A stretch of DNA of 62,468 nucleotides from Chloroflexota bacterium (GTDB taxonomy: Bacteria; Chloroflexota; Dehalococcoidia; DSTF01; RBG-16-68-14). A program made the position numbers and the translations under genes. The stretch covers positions 1 to 62,468 of the forward strand of contig JADFPV010000005.1 of the NCBI GenBank assembly GCA_022562155.1, in the 5' to 3' direction. Below are positions 1 through 8,022 of the stretch, in pieces. The stretch's first letter is position 1. Every line of letters starts with the position of its first letter. The notes beneath the pieces are model-generated. The model searched no databases. It was given only the letters and a program-made list of their open reading frames with translations, and was not told the origin of the DNA.

Positions 1-171
1 AATCAAAATGAATAGTTCGCCGCCACTACGGGAGTGTGAGATATTCCGCCAGGCGTGAACCTCATGGACGCTGAGAGTTGGCGCATCGATCGCCAGCGCG
101 GGGCCGGCCATCATAAGCGCCGGCAACAGGGCGGCCAGGACCAGGGCGGTTATCTTTGCCAGGCGTTTCAT
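1..171 (-). CDS. Secreted protein, N-terminal part only (runs off window)
   Basis: Manual translation MKRLAKITALVLAALLPALMMAGPALA|IDAPTLSVHEV... has a Sec-type signal peptide ending in ALA; its ATG overlaps the upstream TGA (ATGA). Not in the ORF track. Confidence 0.65.
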   Translation of the reverse strand, partial: MKRLAKITALVLAALLPALMMAGPALAIDAPTLSVHEVHAWRNISHSRSGGELFILI

Positions 172-347
172 TCGTCGGCCTGTTTTTTGGTGGGCGTGAG
201 GATCGCCACCAGTTCAAGCGCCGCCCAGGCGAACGCGACCAGGGCCATGATAAATAGCACGGTGCCCAGGGGCAGGCTTACCGCCATGAATAGCGACCCC
301 AGGTAGATCAGGGCGACGCCGGCCAGGACTAAGAGGGGCGATTGCAT
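168..347 (-). CDS. Small hydrophobic membrane protein (59 aa), possible phage structural/assembly protein
   Basis: Manual translation MQSPLLVLAGVALIYLGSLFMAVSLPLGTVLFIMALVAFAWAALELVAILTPTKKQADE; TAATG coupling to the ATPase and ATGA coupling to the next ORF. Confidence 0.7.
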   Translation of the reverse strand: MQSPLLVLAGVALIYLGSLFMAVSLPLGTVLFIMALVAFAWAALELVAILTPTKKQADE

Positions 348-1303
348 TAGACGCCCGCCCCGGCTCTGATCCTTCCCGCTTCCTCCGGCTGGTCGGCGGC
401 GTATGCGTCCGCCAGGCCGTCAGGGATAAGCCACTCTCTTGATTGGCCGTGCCGGCTATTGACTGACAGGGCGAACCCGTAGAGTTGGAATTCCCGCAGG
501 GCCATCCCGATTTTCGTAGTGGTCACGTTGATGGCCGGTTCCAAGCTCGATAGGTAATACTGGACCGTCCCCGGCCGGACGGCGTTGGTGCCAGTGAGGG
601 CGCAGGAAATCACATATCCCCAGATGGCTTTAGTCTGAGTCAGTTGGGCGATAGCCCGTAGCTCTGAGGCCGTTTGCCGGGCCGATCCAACGGCAACGTA
701 ACGCTTGTGATCGTAGAGATTCATAAAGCGCCAGGCGTTTTTCAGGACCGCCCGACTTGATCGCTGGTGAATCATCGAGTCACGATTCCACGGCGCGCCG
801 ATCCTGATGTGGTGAACCGATTTGCCGGCCGTGGTGGTCTGACATAAAACCTGGTGATCTACCCGGCGCAAGAACCGCCCATTTATCTCGTTAGGGAATT
901 GAGTCGTCGCCACTATCTCAACACCCTGATGGCGCATCTGGATCATTACGCCGATGGTGTCCACTTGCACTGTTGCGCCGGTCCGCAGGTTGTTTAGATA
1001 TTCCTCCAGTTCGTCAAACAGAACGACGCAATTTGAGTAACCGTTATCTCTGAATACCGCCATATCTAATTCGCGCCCGAAGTTCACCGCGCCGTTATGA
1101 AAGAGGGGCACGCCCATCGCGTAGACCTGGGCGACGTGGCTAACCGCTGAGATACTTTTGCCTGATCCTTTCTCTCCGGTGTAGAGAGTGGTCGGCGGAT
1201 TTTCGGCCGGGATCACCGGGCCGCCGTTGTCTTCGATAGCGGCGGCGTGAGACGCCTCAACACTCTCCGGGGTGTAGATGTTGGATTTTTTGCGTCGCGG
1301 CAC
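347..1303 (-). CDS. Zot/pI-like P-loop ATPase (FtsK-HerA superfamily; inovirus morphogenesis type)
   Basis: Walker A GEKGSGKS, Walker B VVLFDE, and Zot-type MRHQGVEIVATTQFP (RHxGxxhxxxTQ). No clear C-terminal TM helix. Confidence 0.75.
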   Translation of the reverse strand: MPRRKKSNIYTPESVEASHAAAIEDNGGPVIPAENPPTTLYTGEKGSGKSISAVSHVAQVYAMGVPLFHNGAVNFGRELDMAVFRDNGYSNCVVLFDELEEYLNNLRTGATVQVDTIGVMIQMRHQGVEIVATTQFPNEINGRFLRRVDHQVLCQTTTAGKSVHHIRIGAPWNRDSMIHQRSSRAVLKNAWRFMNLYDHKRYVAVGSARQTASELRAIAQLTQTKAIWGYVISCALTGTNAVRPGTVQYYLSSLEPAINVTTTKIGMALREFQLYGFALSVNSRHGQSREWLIPDGLADAYAADQPEEAGRIRAGAGV

Positions 1304-1361
1304 CTAGTACTCGTTTCAGATTCGTTACCAGTCGGATTAGAAGTGACACCAGTGTAAACGA

Positions 1362-1393
1362 AGGGAGCGCCCGCAGTTCTGCGGGCGCTCCCT
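1362..1393 (-). terminator. Perfect GC-rich hairpin, probable intrinsic terminator
   Basis: AGGGAGCGCCCGCAG-TT-CTGCGGGCGCTCCCT; followed on the minus strand by TCGTTT, ~30 nt after the stop of 1424..2002. Confidence 0.65.
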
Positions 1394-1423
1394 ATGTTCA
1401 CGGCTGTTAGCTCGCGGGCCTGG

Positions 1424-2002
1424 TCAACCCTCGCGGCCACCTGATCTAATCGCCAGGAACGCCACCGAGCCGGCGAGGCCCAGCCCAAGGTCGCCTAGCG
1501 TGTCCGTGTACGCCGTTGCTAGCTCGGGCGAATTGCGAATAAACGTGACGTACTCCATTAGTTCCCAAAGGATGGCGGTCGTAGCTCCAAACCCGATACC
1601 CAGGAGACCGACGACAAGCGCAGTTAGGTTAGACCAGCGAACCAGCAGCACAAATCCGGCTGTGAGCAAGGCCCAATTCATGAAGTGGTTGGCGTCGTCC
1701 CACCAGCCGATGCTGTCGTAGAGATTCAATGCGTTTCCCACAGTGTCGATGAGGAATGGTGCCGTGATGAGCAGGTCCGCCGCGAAGGGGTAAGGTCGTT
1801 CCCGGGCGAACAGCCACCAGCCGACAGGAACCATCATGGTAGCAAGCGGGTAGGCAATCGCTCGTCCGGTCATCGCCTTGCCGGCAAATTGGGCTAGGTC
1901 AGGGTTCAGCGCCCCGAAGACGAGCAGAGCGACGAGGAGCGCTTTGGCGGCAATGTCAGCGATGAGTCCGACGCGGCTGTACATCGGGTATGAGTGTATC
2001 AA
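1424..2002 (-). CDS. Integral membrane protein (YjdF/DUF2238-like)
   Basis: Several TM segments; motifs LYDSIGWWDDANH, WELMEY, YTDTLGDL. Start uncertain. Confidence 0.7.
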   Translation of the reverse strand: MIHSYPMYSRVGLIADIAAKALLVALLVFGALNPDLAQFAGKAMTGRAIAYPLATMMVPVGWWLFARERPYPFAADLLITAPFLIDTVGNALNLYDSIGWWDDANHFMNWALLTAGFVLLVRWSNLTALVVGLLGIGFGATTAILWELMEYVTFIRNSPELATAYTDTLGDLGLGLAGSVAFLAIRSGGREG

Positions 2003-2033
2003 GGAGACTGCAGCGGCGAAGACCGGTCCGCAA

Positions 2034-2081
2034 TGCTTCCCAAGCAGAGGGTCGCGAGTTCGACTCTCGTCTCCCGCTCCA
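2034..2081 (+). tRNA. tRNA-Gly(CCC) 3' half (att-like)
   Basis: TGCTTCCCAAGCAGAGGGTCGCGAGTTCGACTCTCGTCTCCCGCTCCA: anticodon loop, T arm, acceptor strand and CCA; no D arm upstream. Confidence 0.9.
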
Positions 2082-2528
2082 CCCCAACATCTAATGCTTC
2101 TCTGGTAGCTTGGGTGGCAGAACGGCTAGACTCGCCTGCGCATACCTGCGGTCTTCACAGCTGACATCAACAGTTATGCCGCTGGCTTCGCCGACAGCGA
2201 TAACAGCAAAACAGGCTTCATCGAAAGGCTTCTCGGCGGGATCGAGGATGGTTTCCTCAGCCTCGTCAATGAGGGCTTCCAGTTCGGCCATCGTCTCCGC
2301 TTCCGCGATGACATCAAGTACTTCGTCCCACGCGGCGGGATGTTTGGCTCGTCATTCGCTTCTCTGCGGCGTTGGCGCTGTCCAGGGGCGTGAGGCGTCG
2401 GGCTTCGCCCATGGCACTCTCAGTTTACAGCAGCTAGCAAGGCCCTTCGCTCCTGCTGCCCTCAGTGCTGTAAGATAAGGCCTCAATCGCGCATGGCGCG
2501 CATACGGCTGGTAGGAGGCAGGGCCCGC

Positions 2529-2837
2529 GTGGAACCGCGCATCCAGTACGCCAAGACCGAGGACGGCGTGAGCATTGCCTATGCCAGCGAACGCGAAGGA
2601 ACAACGTTAGTCTATTTGGCCTTCGCCCCGGTATCTCACGTCCAGCGAGGCTTGGATATGTTTCCGAACATTTTCCCGCCGATGACAACGAACTTCCGTC
2701 TTATCCGATTCGACCCCTGTGGCACAGGTCTCTCCGACCGAGGTGAGATCGACTTTTCCATGCAGGCGATGACGCGTGACTTCGACGCCGTTGTCGAGCG
2801 CATTGGCCTCCAGTCGTTTGCCATTGGACGGGGTTAA
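2529..2837 (+). pseudogene. N-terminal fragment of alpha/beta-hydrolase + class III nucleotide cyclase protein
   Basis: GTG after AGGAGG; EPRIQYAKTEDGVSIAY...FDPCGTGLSDR; stops at about the nucleophile elbow. Confidence 0.75.
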
Positions 2838-2943
2838 TAAAGTGTAGTAGCCACTACTTGACCTGACCGACGTGGATTATCCGACATGAATCCACCATCT
2901 ATCATAGGAAGAGAGACCAGCAACAGAAGGAGGGAGAGCGCTA

Positions 2944-3225
2944 ATGGCAGCGTATATAATCTTTGAGGTAGAAGTCACCGACCCGGAGGCGACGGATGAA
3001 TATGCCAAACTTGCTGGCGAGTCCCTGGCACCCTTGCAGGCGAAGCCAATAATTCATGGCGGTATGGTAGAGGTATTGGATGGAGACTGGGAACCCAAGA
3101 CGTTGGTAATGGTGGAATTCGAAAGCATGGAGCAAGCTCGGCAGTGGTACAAGTCGCCAGCATACGCCAAAGCAAAGGATGTTCTTATACCGTACAGCAA
3201 TGTAATCTTGATTGAAGGCGTGTAA
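2944..3225 (+). CDS. DUF1330 domain protein
   Basis: MAAYIIFEVEVTD...LDGDWEPKTLVMVEFESMEQARQWYKSPAY; strong RBS; visibly more AT-rich than its neighbours. Confidence 0.9.
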   Translation: MAAYIIFEVEVTDPEATDEYAKLAGESLAPLQAKPIIHGGMVEVLDGDWEPKTLVMVEFESMEQARQWYKSPAYAKAKDVLIPYSNVILIEGV

Positions 3226-3321
3226 GACACCGGTTGCAAAATTGGGAGCCGTCGCAATACGGGCCAAGAAGCGGGCTTCATTTCTTGCCATTCAACAACC
3301 CACAAAAGAGAAAACCCGCCA

Positions 3322-3525
3322 ATGGAGCAAGACCTCTTCGGTGCCTCCGCGCAGCTCGCCCGGCGCATCTGCGATCACGCGGAGGCGAGGCAGATCCTGG
3401 CCGCGAACGTCGTGCGCGAACTCGCGGCCGGAAAGCAGTTCCTGTTCGCTGATCTGGGCGAAACTGAACTGCGCGGCTTCGAAGACCCGGTCACGCTCTG
3501 GGAGCTACCCTGGCAAGACGGCTAG
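3322..3525 (+). pseudogene. C-terminal fragment of class III adenylate/guanylate cyclase domain
   Basis: DLFGASAQLARRICDHAEARQILAANVVRELAAGK...LRGFEDPVTLWEL matches the cyclase C-terminus. Confidence 0.8.
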
Positions 3526-3873
3526 TTCTACGCCGAAACTCACACCACATAACTGGGCCAGTTTGGGTTGGCTTCTCCCTTCTGAAGCACAGCGCTTAGC
3601 GCGAGATACTCAGAAAGCAGATGGCCACTCGCGCACCAAGCGACTAGGCTCACATTTCCCAGATTAGCCGGATGGGAGCGTCATAATCCGGTAAGAGTAC
3701 TGCCCCACATACCGCTTACACGGGCATCATGGCCAGTGAGTGTGCTAGACTCGCCGTGTTTAGCGGGATCTAGCTCTGGATAACAGACATTTGCGAGGGA
3801 GCGAATGCCAGAGAGGATTTGAGGATGAGATCCATTTGATCGGATAGCACAGGTCACCACACTCGGCTCTGGA

Positions 3874-3915
3874 TTTGGGAACAAGAGGTCCGCGGTTCGA
3901 ATCTGCGCCGTGCGA
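3874..3915 (+). pseudogene. Degenerate tRNA 3' half, probably tRNA-Pro(TGG) att remnant
   Basis: TTTGGGA-ACAAG-AGGTC-CGCGG-TTCGAAT-CTGCG-CCGTGCG-A has correct tRNA arm spacing; no matching 5' half. Confidence 0.6.
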
Positions 3916-3984
3916 TTGTAACAGAGCTGGCTATCTCGCTCCGCCTGCCTCCTGTGGTGAAGCTGTCGGCAGCTGATAACAATC

Positions 3985-4026
3985 CGCTCTAGTGCTCGCT
4001 GTCCCAGCTACGGCGCTCTAGTGCTC
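3985..4026. repeat. 13-bp direct repeat CGCTCTAGTGCTC x2 (3985-3997, 4014-4026)
   Basis: Exact copies with a 29-nt period, ending 9 nt from the tRNA-Gly break core. Confidence 0.8.
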
Positions 4027-4035
4027 ACAGCGCCA

Positions 4036-4075
4036 TGCTTGGGAAGCAGATGCTCTACCACTGAGCTACTCCCGC
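4036..4075 (-). tRNA. tRNA-Gly(CCC) 5' half, broken just after the anticodon loop
   Basis: GCGGGAGTAGCTCAGTGGTAGAGCATCTGCTTCCCAAGCA followed by non-tRNA sequence; GCGGGAG pairs with CTCCCGC at 2071-2077. Confidence 0.9.
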
Positions 4076-4093
4076 TCGGTCACGCGCGACGCC

Positions 4094-4102
4094 ATTGTAG
4101 CA
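4094..4102 (-). promoter_or_regulatory. Extended -10 promoter upstream of the tRNA-Gly 5' half
   Basis: TGCTACAAT (TGnTAcAAT), 18 nt upstream of tRNA position 1. Confidence 0.55.
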
Positions 4103-4116
4103 GAGCGCCAGAGCGG

Positions 4117-4608
4117 TCAGGCGTCTATGTCTTCAGGGCTCTCATGATCGTCGTCGGGTGAGGTCTGCTGGCCAAACAACCTTCGGAAGAGCGGTGGATC
4201 GTCACGGCGGCCAGAGATGTATTCGGAGAACGGTCGCATCTCCAATATCAAAAAGATCAGCACGGCCCCGACTAGCGCCACGAGATAGAGTTCAAGGCCG
4301 ATGAGCACGCCGATTGCGGCCACGGCCCAGATAGTTGCCGCTGTAGTGATGCCTCGAAGATTGCTGCCGTCCCTAAAAATGATGCCAGCGCCGAGAAAGC
4401 CGATGCCTGTAACGATGTTGGCAACCACCCGGTCCATTCCGAGCACTTCGTTCGCCGCGGTGAACATGGCTGCGCCTGCCGCCACGAGGGCCATCGTGCG
4501 CAACCCCGCGACGTACTGGCGGCGGTCGCGCTGCCAGCCGACGACACCGCCGCAGAACGCGGCCAGCAGCACCTTGCCTACGACTTCTGCCTGTTCCGCA
4601 AAATCCAT
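4117..4608 (-). CDS. MgtC/SapB family protein
   Basis: AGLRTMALV, RVVANIVTGIGFLGAGII, GITTAATIW. Confidence 0.92.
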   Translation of the reverse strand: MDFAEQAEVVGKVLLAAFCGGVVGWQRDRRQYVAGLRTMALVAAGAAMFTAANEVLGMDRVVANIVTGIGFLGAGIIFRDGSNLRGITTAATIWAVAAIGVLIGLELYLVALVGAVLIFLILEMRPFSEYISGRRDDPPLFRRLFGQQTSPDDDHESPEDIDA

Positions 4609-4673
4609 AACGAGCTAGCCGCACTCGATGCGGCGCGGCCATTGTAGCATCGACGCCTCAGCGAGGCGTCCGG

Positions 4674-5690
4674 CTACTGGTAGATGACGACTGCGGGTGT
4701 GGGCTTCAGGAAGAGCACGTCTTCCTCTGACATCAGATCCGGGTCGTACTCGAAAAAGAGCTTGATAGCGGCGTGTGCGGCGTAGGGACGGGCCGCAAAC
4801 TCTTCGTAGGTAGCGCGTTTGACCGCTGCCGGTCCGAAGCCGTCCATGTCGATGATCAGCTCGACGCCCGGAAAGTAATCGATTGTGTCGGCCCCGAGGA
4901 GCATCTCATCCAGGAACTGATGCACCATGAGCAGCTTCGGGGGGAGCCGTTCGGCGACCACGAGGTCTTGTAGCATCGTCTGAGCGACCTCGATGTCGGC
5001 AGCGTTCAGGCTGCCGATGATGTCTCCCGGCGCGTATCTGCTGTCGACCGCGAACTCCGGATCGAGGGCGAGGTGAACGTTCGGGCGGCTGAGATAGGGG
5101 AGCACCTTTTCGATCTCATCCGCCACAGAACTTCGGCCGATCTGGAGGTCCAAGAAGAGCAGCATGTCGCGCTCTTCAGTCAGAGCAAGGTAGCGGTCCA
5201 GCGTTTCGTCATCGACGTACTGGAGGTACAGACCGTTGTCAGTTGGGTGGGGTTGAGCCACCGCGTACACCAGATGGATGGCTGGGATCACGTCTAACGG
5301 TCCGTTGAGCTTGTCGTAGCGGGCAGCATGGGTCTCGAGGAGATCGGCTACCGCTTCCAGGTCGTCGCTGCCAAGTATGCCCATCAGTTCGGTATACGGA
5401 TTGCCGTAGTAACTCACGATTTGATGCTGCGACAGAAGGGAGAGGCGCGATGCCAGCACTGCGGTCATGCTAGGAAAGCGCGTGGCCAGGTTCGTCAGCC
5501 ACAGCGGCTCGAGCGGGCGTGGTGGGTCCATGGGCGTCGATGGCAGGGCGACGCGGTCGCTGGCTGTCGTCTGCCGGCTGGTGGCCTCAGCGCTGTTGTC
5601 GGGCGGTACTGCCACCGTGAGCGTCACGAGCGCCACGATCGCGCCGAGCAGCAGGATGGAAAAGCGCCTGTCGGCACTTACTGCAGTCAT
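4674..5690 (-). CDS. Membrane-anchored hypothetical protein (possible glycoside-hydrolase-like fold)
   Basis: N-terminal TM; VSYYGNP, LDLQIGR, HLALDPEF, MVHQF, DMDGFG. Confidence 0.65.
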   Translation of the reverse strand: MTAVSADRRFSILLLGAIVALVTLTVAVPPDNSAEATSRQTTASDRVALPSTPMDPPRPLEPLWLTNLATRFPSMTAVLASRLSLLSQHQIVSYYGNPYTELMGILGSDDLEAVADLLETHAARYDKLNGPLDVIPAIHLVYAVAQPHPTDNGLYLQYVDDETLDRYLALTEERDMLLFLDLQIGRSSVADEIEKVLPYLSRPNVHLALDPEFAVDSRYAPGDIIGSLNAADIEVAQTMLQDLVVAERLPPKLLMVHQFLDEMLLGADTIDYFPGVELIIDMDGFGPAAVKRATYEEFAARPYAAHAAIKLFFEYDPDLMSEEDVLFLKPTPAVVIYQ

Positions 5691-5789
5691 GCTGGTGAAG
5701 TTCCTGTAGGTTACTGGACGCCTGTCCGGCCGAGGTACCTACCACGGTACTTCAGGTCCAGGGGGAAATCGAGCGGTTATGGTGAGGTG

Positions 5790-6611
5790 CTAGAAATTTC
5801 TTGTGTCGCTCGTGCGAGCGAGAAGCGAACCAGCCAGGGCCGTGATCGCGGCGCCTACCATAAAGATGATCCCGTTGCGGATTGGCGCCCAGGCTAGCTC
5901 CTGCCCCAGCTGTAGGAACTCGTGAGAGACGTAGTCATCCGCGCCGTCGGCGGCGACTCGAAACGCGAAGCGGACCGCGACGGCGAAGGCAAGGAATGGC
6001 GCTGACGCAAGCAAGAGGCTAACGCCGACGGCGACGATACGGCCGTATCCTCGTGTGACCGAGGCGAGGGCGACGGCCAGGCCAGCCGCGATAACGCCTA
6101 GAGCAATCGTGAGTCCGTATGAGACCCTATGTGGTGCGGGACGGAGGATGTCGATGCCCCGCCGGAGCGCGCCTTCTGTTGAGAAGAAGCCTTCGTCGCC
6201 TTCGCGCCCCTCAAGCAGTACCGAGGCGCCGTCTTTATGGAGGCGTTCGGCCGCGCGCGCGAGGAGCAACTCTCGGAACTCCGCGCGATCGCCGGCCAAC
6301 ACCTCCTCGGCCGTGAACAGGACCGGCACCGGGAAGTCGGTGAGGGCGACTTGGCCGGTCGTCTCGCTCGCGCGCTCGCGGAGGATCTCGTACTCGGCGT
6401 CGAGGAAGCTATCGACCTCAGTGAGGATCGCGAGGCTCTGGGCGAGGCTCCGCTTTGCGGAGCCCTCCGCGGTGATGTTCGCGAAGGCCAGCGAGCAGAG
6501 CAAGCCGGCTGTGACGAACGCCAGGACGGTTCCCAGCGTCCACTTCGCCCGCCCCGCAGTGTCCTCGTCGCGAAGCTGACGTTCGAGAGAGGACGGCGGC
6601 CCGGGCCTCAT
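5790..6611 (-). CDS. Hypothetical membrane protein
   Basis: About four hydrophobic segments; ATGA-coupled to the RDD gene. Confidence 0.7.
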   Translation of the reverse strand: MRPGPPSSLERQLRDEDTAGRAKWTLGTVLAFVTAGLLCSLAFANITAEGSAKRSLAQSLAILTEVDSFLDAEYEILRERASETTGQVALTDFPVPVLFTAEEVLAGDRAEFRELLLARAAERLHKDGASVLLEGREGDEGFFSTEGALRRGIDILRPAPHRVSYGLTIALGVIAAGLAVALASVTRGYGRIVAVGVSLLLASAPFLAFAVAVRFAFRVAADGADDYVSHEFLQLGQELAWAPIRNGIIFMVGAAITALAGSLLARTSDTRNF

Positions 6612-7225
6612 GCCTGTTCCGCCGCGACGACCCGTGTGCGGGCGAGCCGGTCGTGGACGCCCCGTCGTTCTGAGTCGAGCGCCATCGTCGCGAAACTCAC
6701 GATGGGTACGGCGATACAGAGGAGCACCAGGGCTAGCGTCAGCACCAGAACGCTGCGACTGAGCGTCACGGAGGTGGCGTATGCCGCCAGCAGCGTCCAG
6801 ACAGGGACCAGGAGGGGGTGGTACAAGACGGGGTTAAGGCCGAACCATCGCAGCAGAACCCCGCCTGCAGTCCGGACGCCAGGCCCGACGAACGTCGCCT
6901 TGATGCCGACCACGTACATCCCAATCGATTGCGCGCGCCAGCGGTCCAGCATCAGGTTGAACAGCGACCAAGAGACGAGCGGACCTCCGATAAGGATCGC
7001 GATGAAGGCGTTGTACGCGGCATCGGGCGGGTCATCCTTGCCCCAGTCGCTCGTGAAGAGGAGGACGGCCCCGCCGATCACGAAGAAGATAAGCAGGAAC
7101 ACGAGCAGGACGATCGAATCGATGAGGTACCCCGCGATGCGCGTGCCGAAGCTGGCCGGAGTGCGCGAGGAACTGGACGGCGCCATCGTCGCCTCTCTAG
7201 CACGATATCCAGATGTAGCGACCAT
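6608..7225 (-). CDS. RDD family membrane protein
   Basis: ASFGTRIAGYLID ... RRGVHDRLARTRVV. Confidence 0.85.
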   Translation of the reverse strand: MVATSGYRAREATMAPSSSSRTPASFGTRIAGYLIDSIVLLVFLLIFFVIGGAVLLFTSDWGKDDPPDAAYNAFIAILIGGPLVSWSLFNLMLDRWRAQSIGMYVVGIKATFVGPGVRTAGGVLLRWFGLNPVLYHPLLVPVWTLLAAYATSVTLSRSVLVLTLALVLLCIAVPIVSFATMALDSERRGVHDRLARTRVVAAEQA

Positions 7226-7266
7226 CCGCCGCGATTATAGCACTCGTCTCGGTCGCCGTACGGCGG

Positions 7267-8022
7267 CTACGGCACATCCATCTGGCTAAGCCGCCGGACA
7301 GTGAGGTAGAAGAAGCCAATAGTTACGGCGGCGACGCCTACGAGGGCCGCTGGGAATTCGATTGCGCGGCTGCTGAGATCGGCGAAACTAACGTCGTCGA
7401 GGCCATGCACGAGGCCGAGCGTGTAGCCGCGAACGCTGAGATAGCGGATGCCGCCTAGAAACGAGCTGACCACGCCTTCCCAGAGCACTACGTAGACCAG
7501 CGCATAGGGTAAGGCACGCGTGCTCATGAGGCCTGCCCACGTGAAGAGAGAGGTGTATGCGACGGAGCCAAGGAACAGCGCGAGTCCTATTGCGGCGATG
7601 GCCCGAGGCGTGCTGTCAAACAGGACGATCTTCGATCCGATGGTGCCTGCGCCAAGCCAGGCCGCGATCACGCCGCTCAGCACGATCAGCGGGAGGCCGA
7701 TTGCGAGGGCGGCTGCCAACTTTGCCACTACGATCTGGTAGCGCGGTACAGGCCGCAACGTGAGGTAGTTTAGCGTTTGATCTTCCACCTCGTTGCCAAA
7801 CAGCGCCGTCGCGAGCACCAGGCTGACGATGGGCATGACCCCTCCGATGAGCAGGCCATCCAGGAGTGTGTCTACGAACTCTTCATTCGACGTTTCGTCC
7901 TCGCCTAAGGTGAGCGCAACAAGCACCGCTAGCCCAACTGGCAGCGCGGCCAGGAGCAGCAGCAGCAGCAGCCTCCACTTACCCGTGAGCTGCCTGAGCG
8001 AAAGTCGAAATAGCGCTCCCAT
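7267..8022 (-). CDS. ABC-2 type transporter permease
   Basis: EVEDQTLNYLTLRPVPRYQIVVAK; about 6 TMs. Confidence 0.88.
   Translation of the reverse strand: MGALFRLSLRQLTGKWRLLLLLLLAALPVGLAVLVALTLGEDETSNEEFVDTLLDGLLIGGVMPIVSLVLATALFGNEVEDQTLNYLTLRPVPRYQIVVAKLAAALAIGLPLIVLSGVIAAWLGAGTIGSKIVLFDSTPRAIAAIGLALFLGSVAYTSLFTWAGLMSTRALPYALVYVVLWEGVVSSFLGGIRYLSVRGYTLGLVHGLDDVSFADLSSRAIEFPAALVGVAAVTIGFFYLTVRRLSQMDVP

Noticed and set aside
2034-2081. Intact tRNA gene
   Set aside because: None of the four tRNA-like segments in the window is complete as assembled.
2091-2291. 66-aa acidic ORF next to the tRNA 3' half
   Set aside because: Possibly a gene remnant, but it has no assignable motif or clear start.
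6237-7289. Long antisense ORFs (also 15097..16239, 57764..58513, 59856..60368)
   Set aside because: Shadow frames opposite well-supported genes, expected in high-GC DNA.
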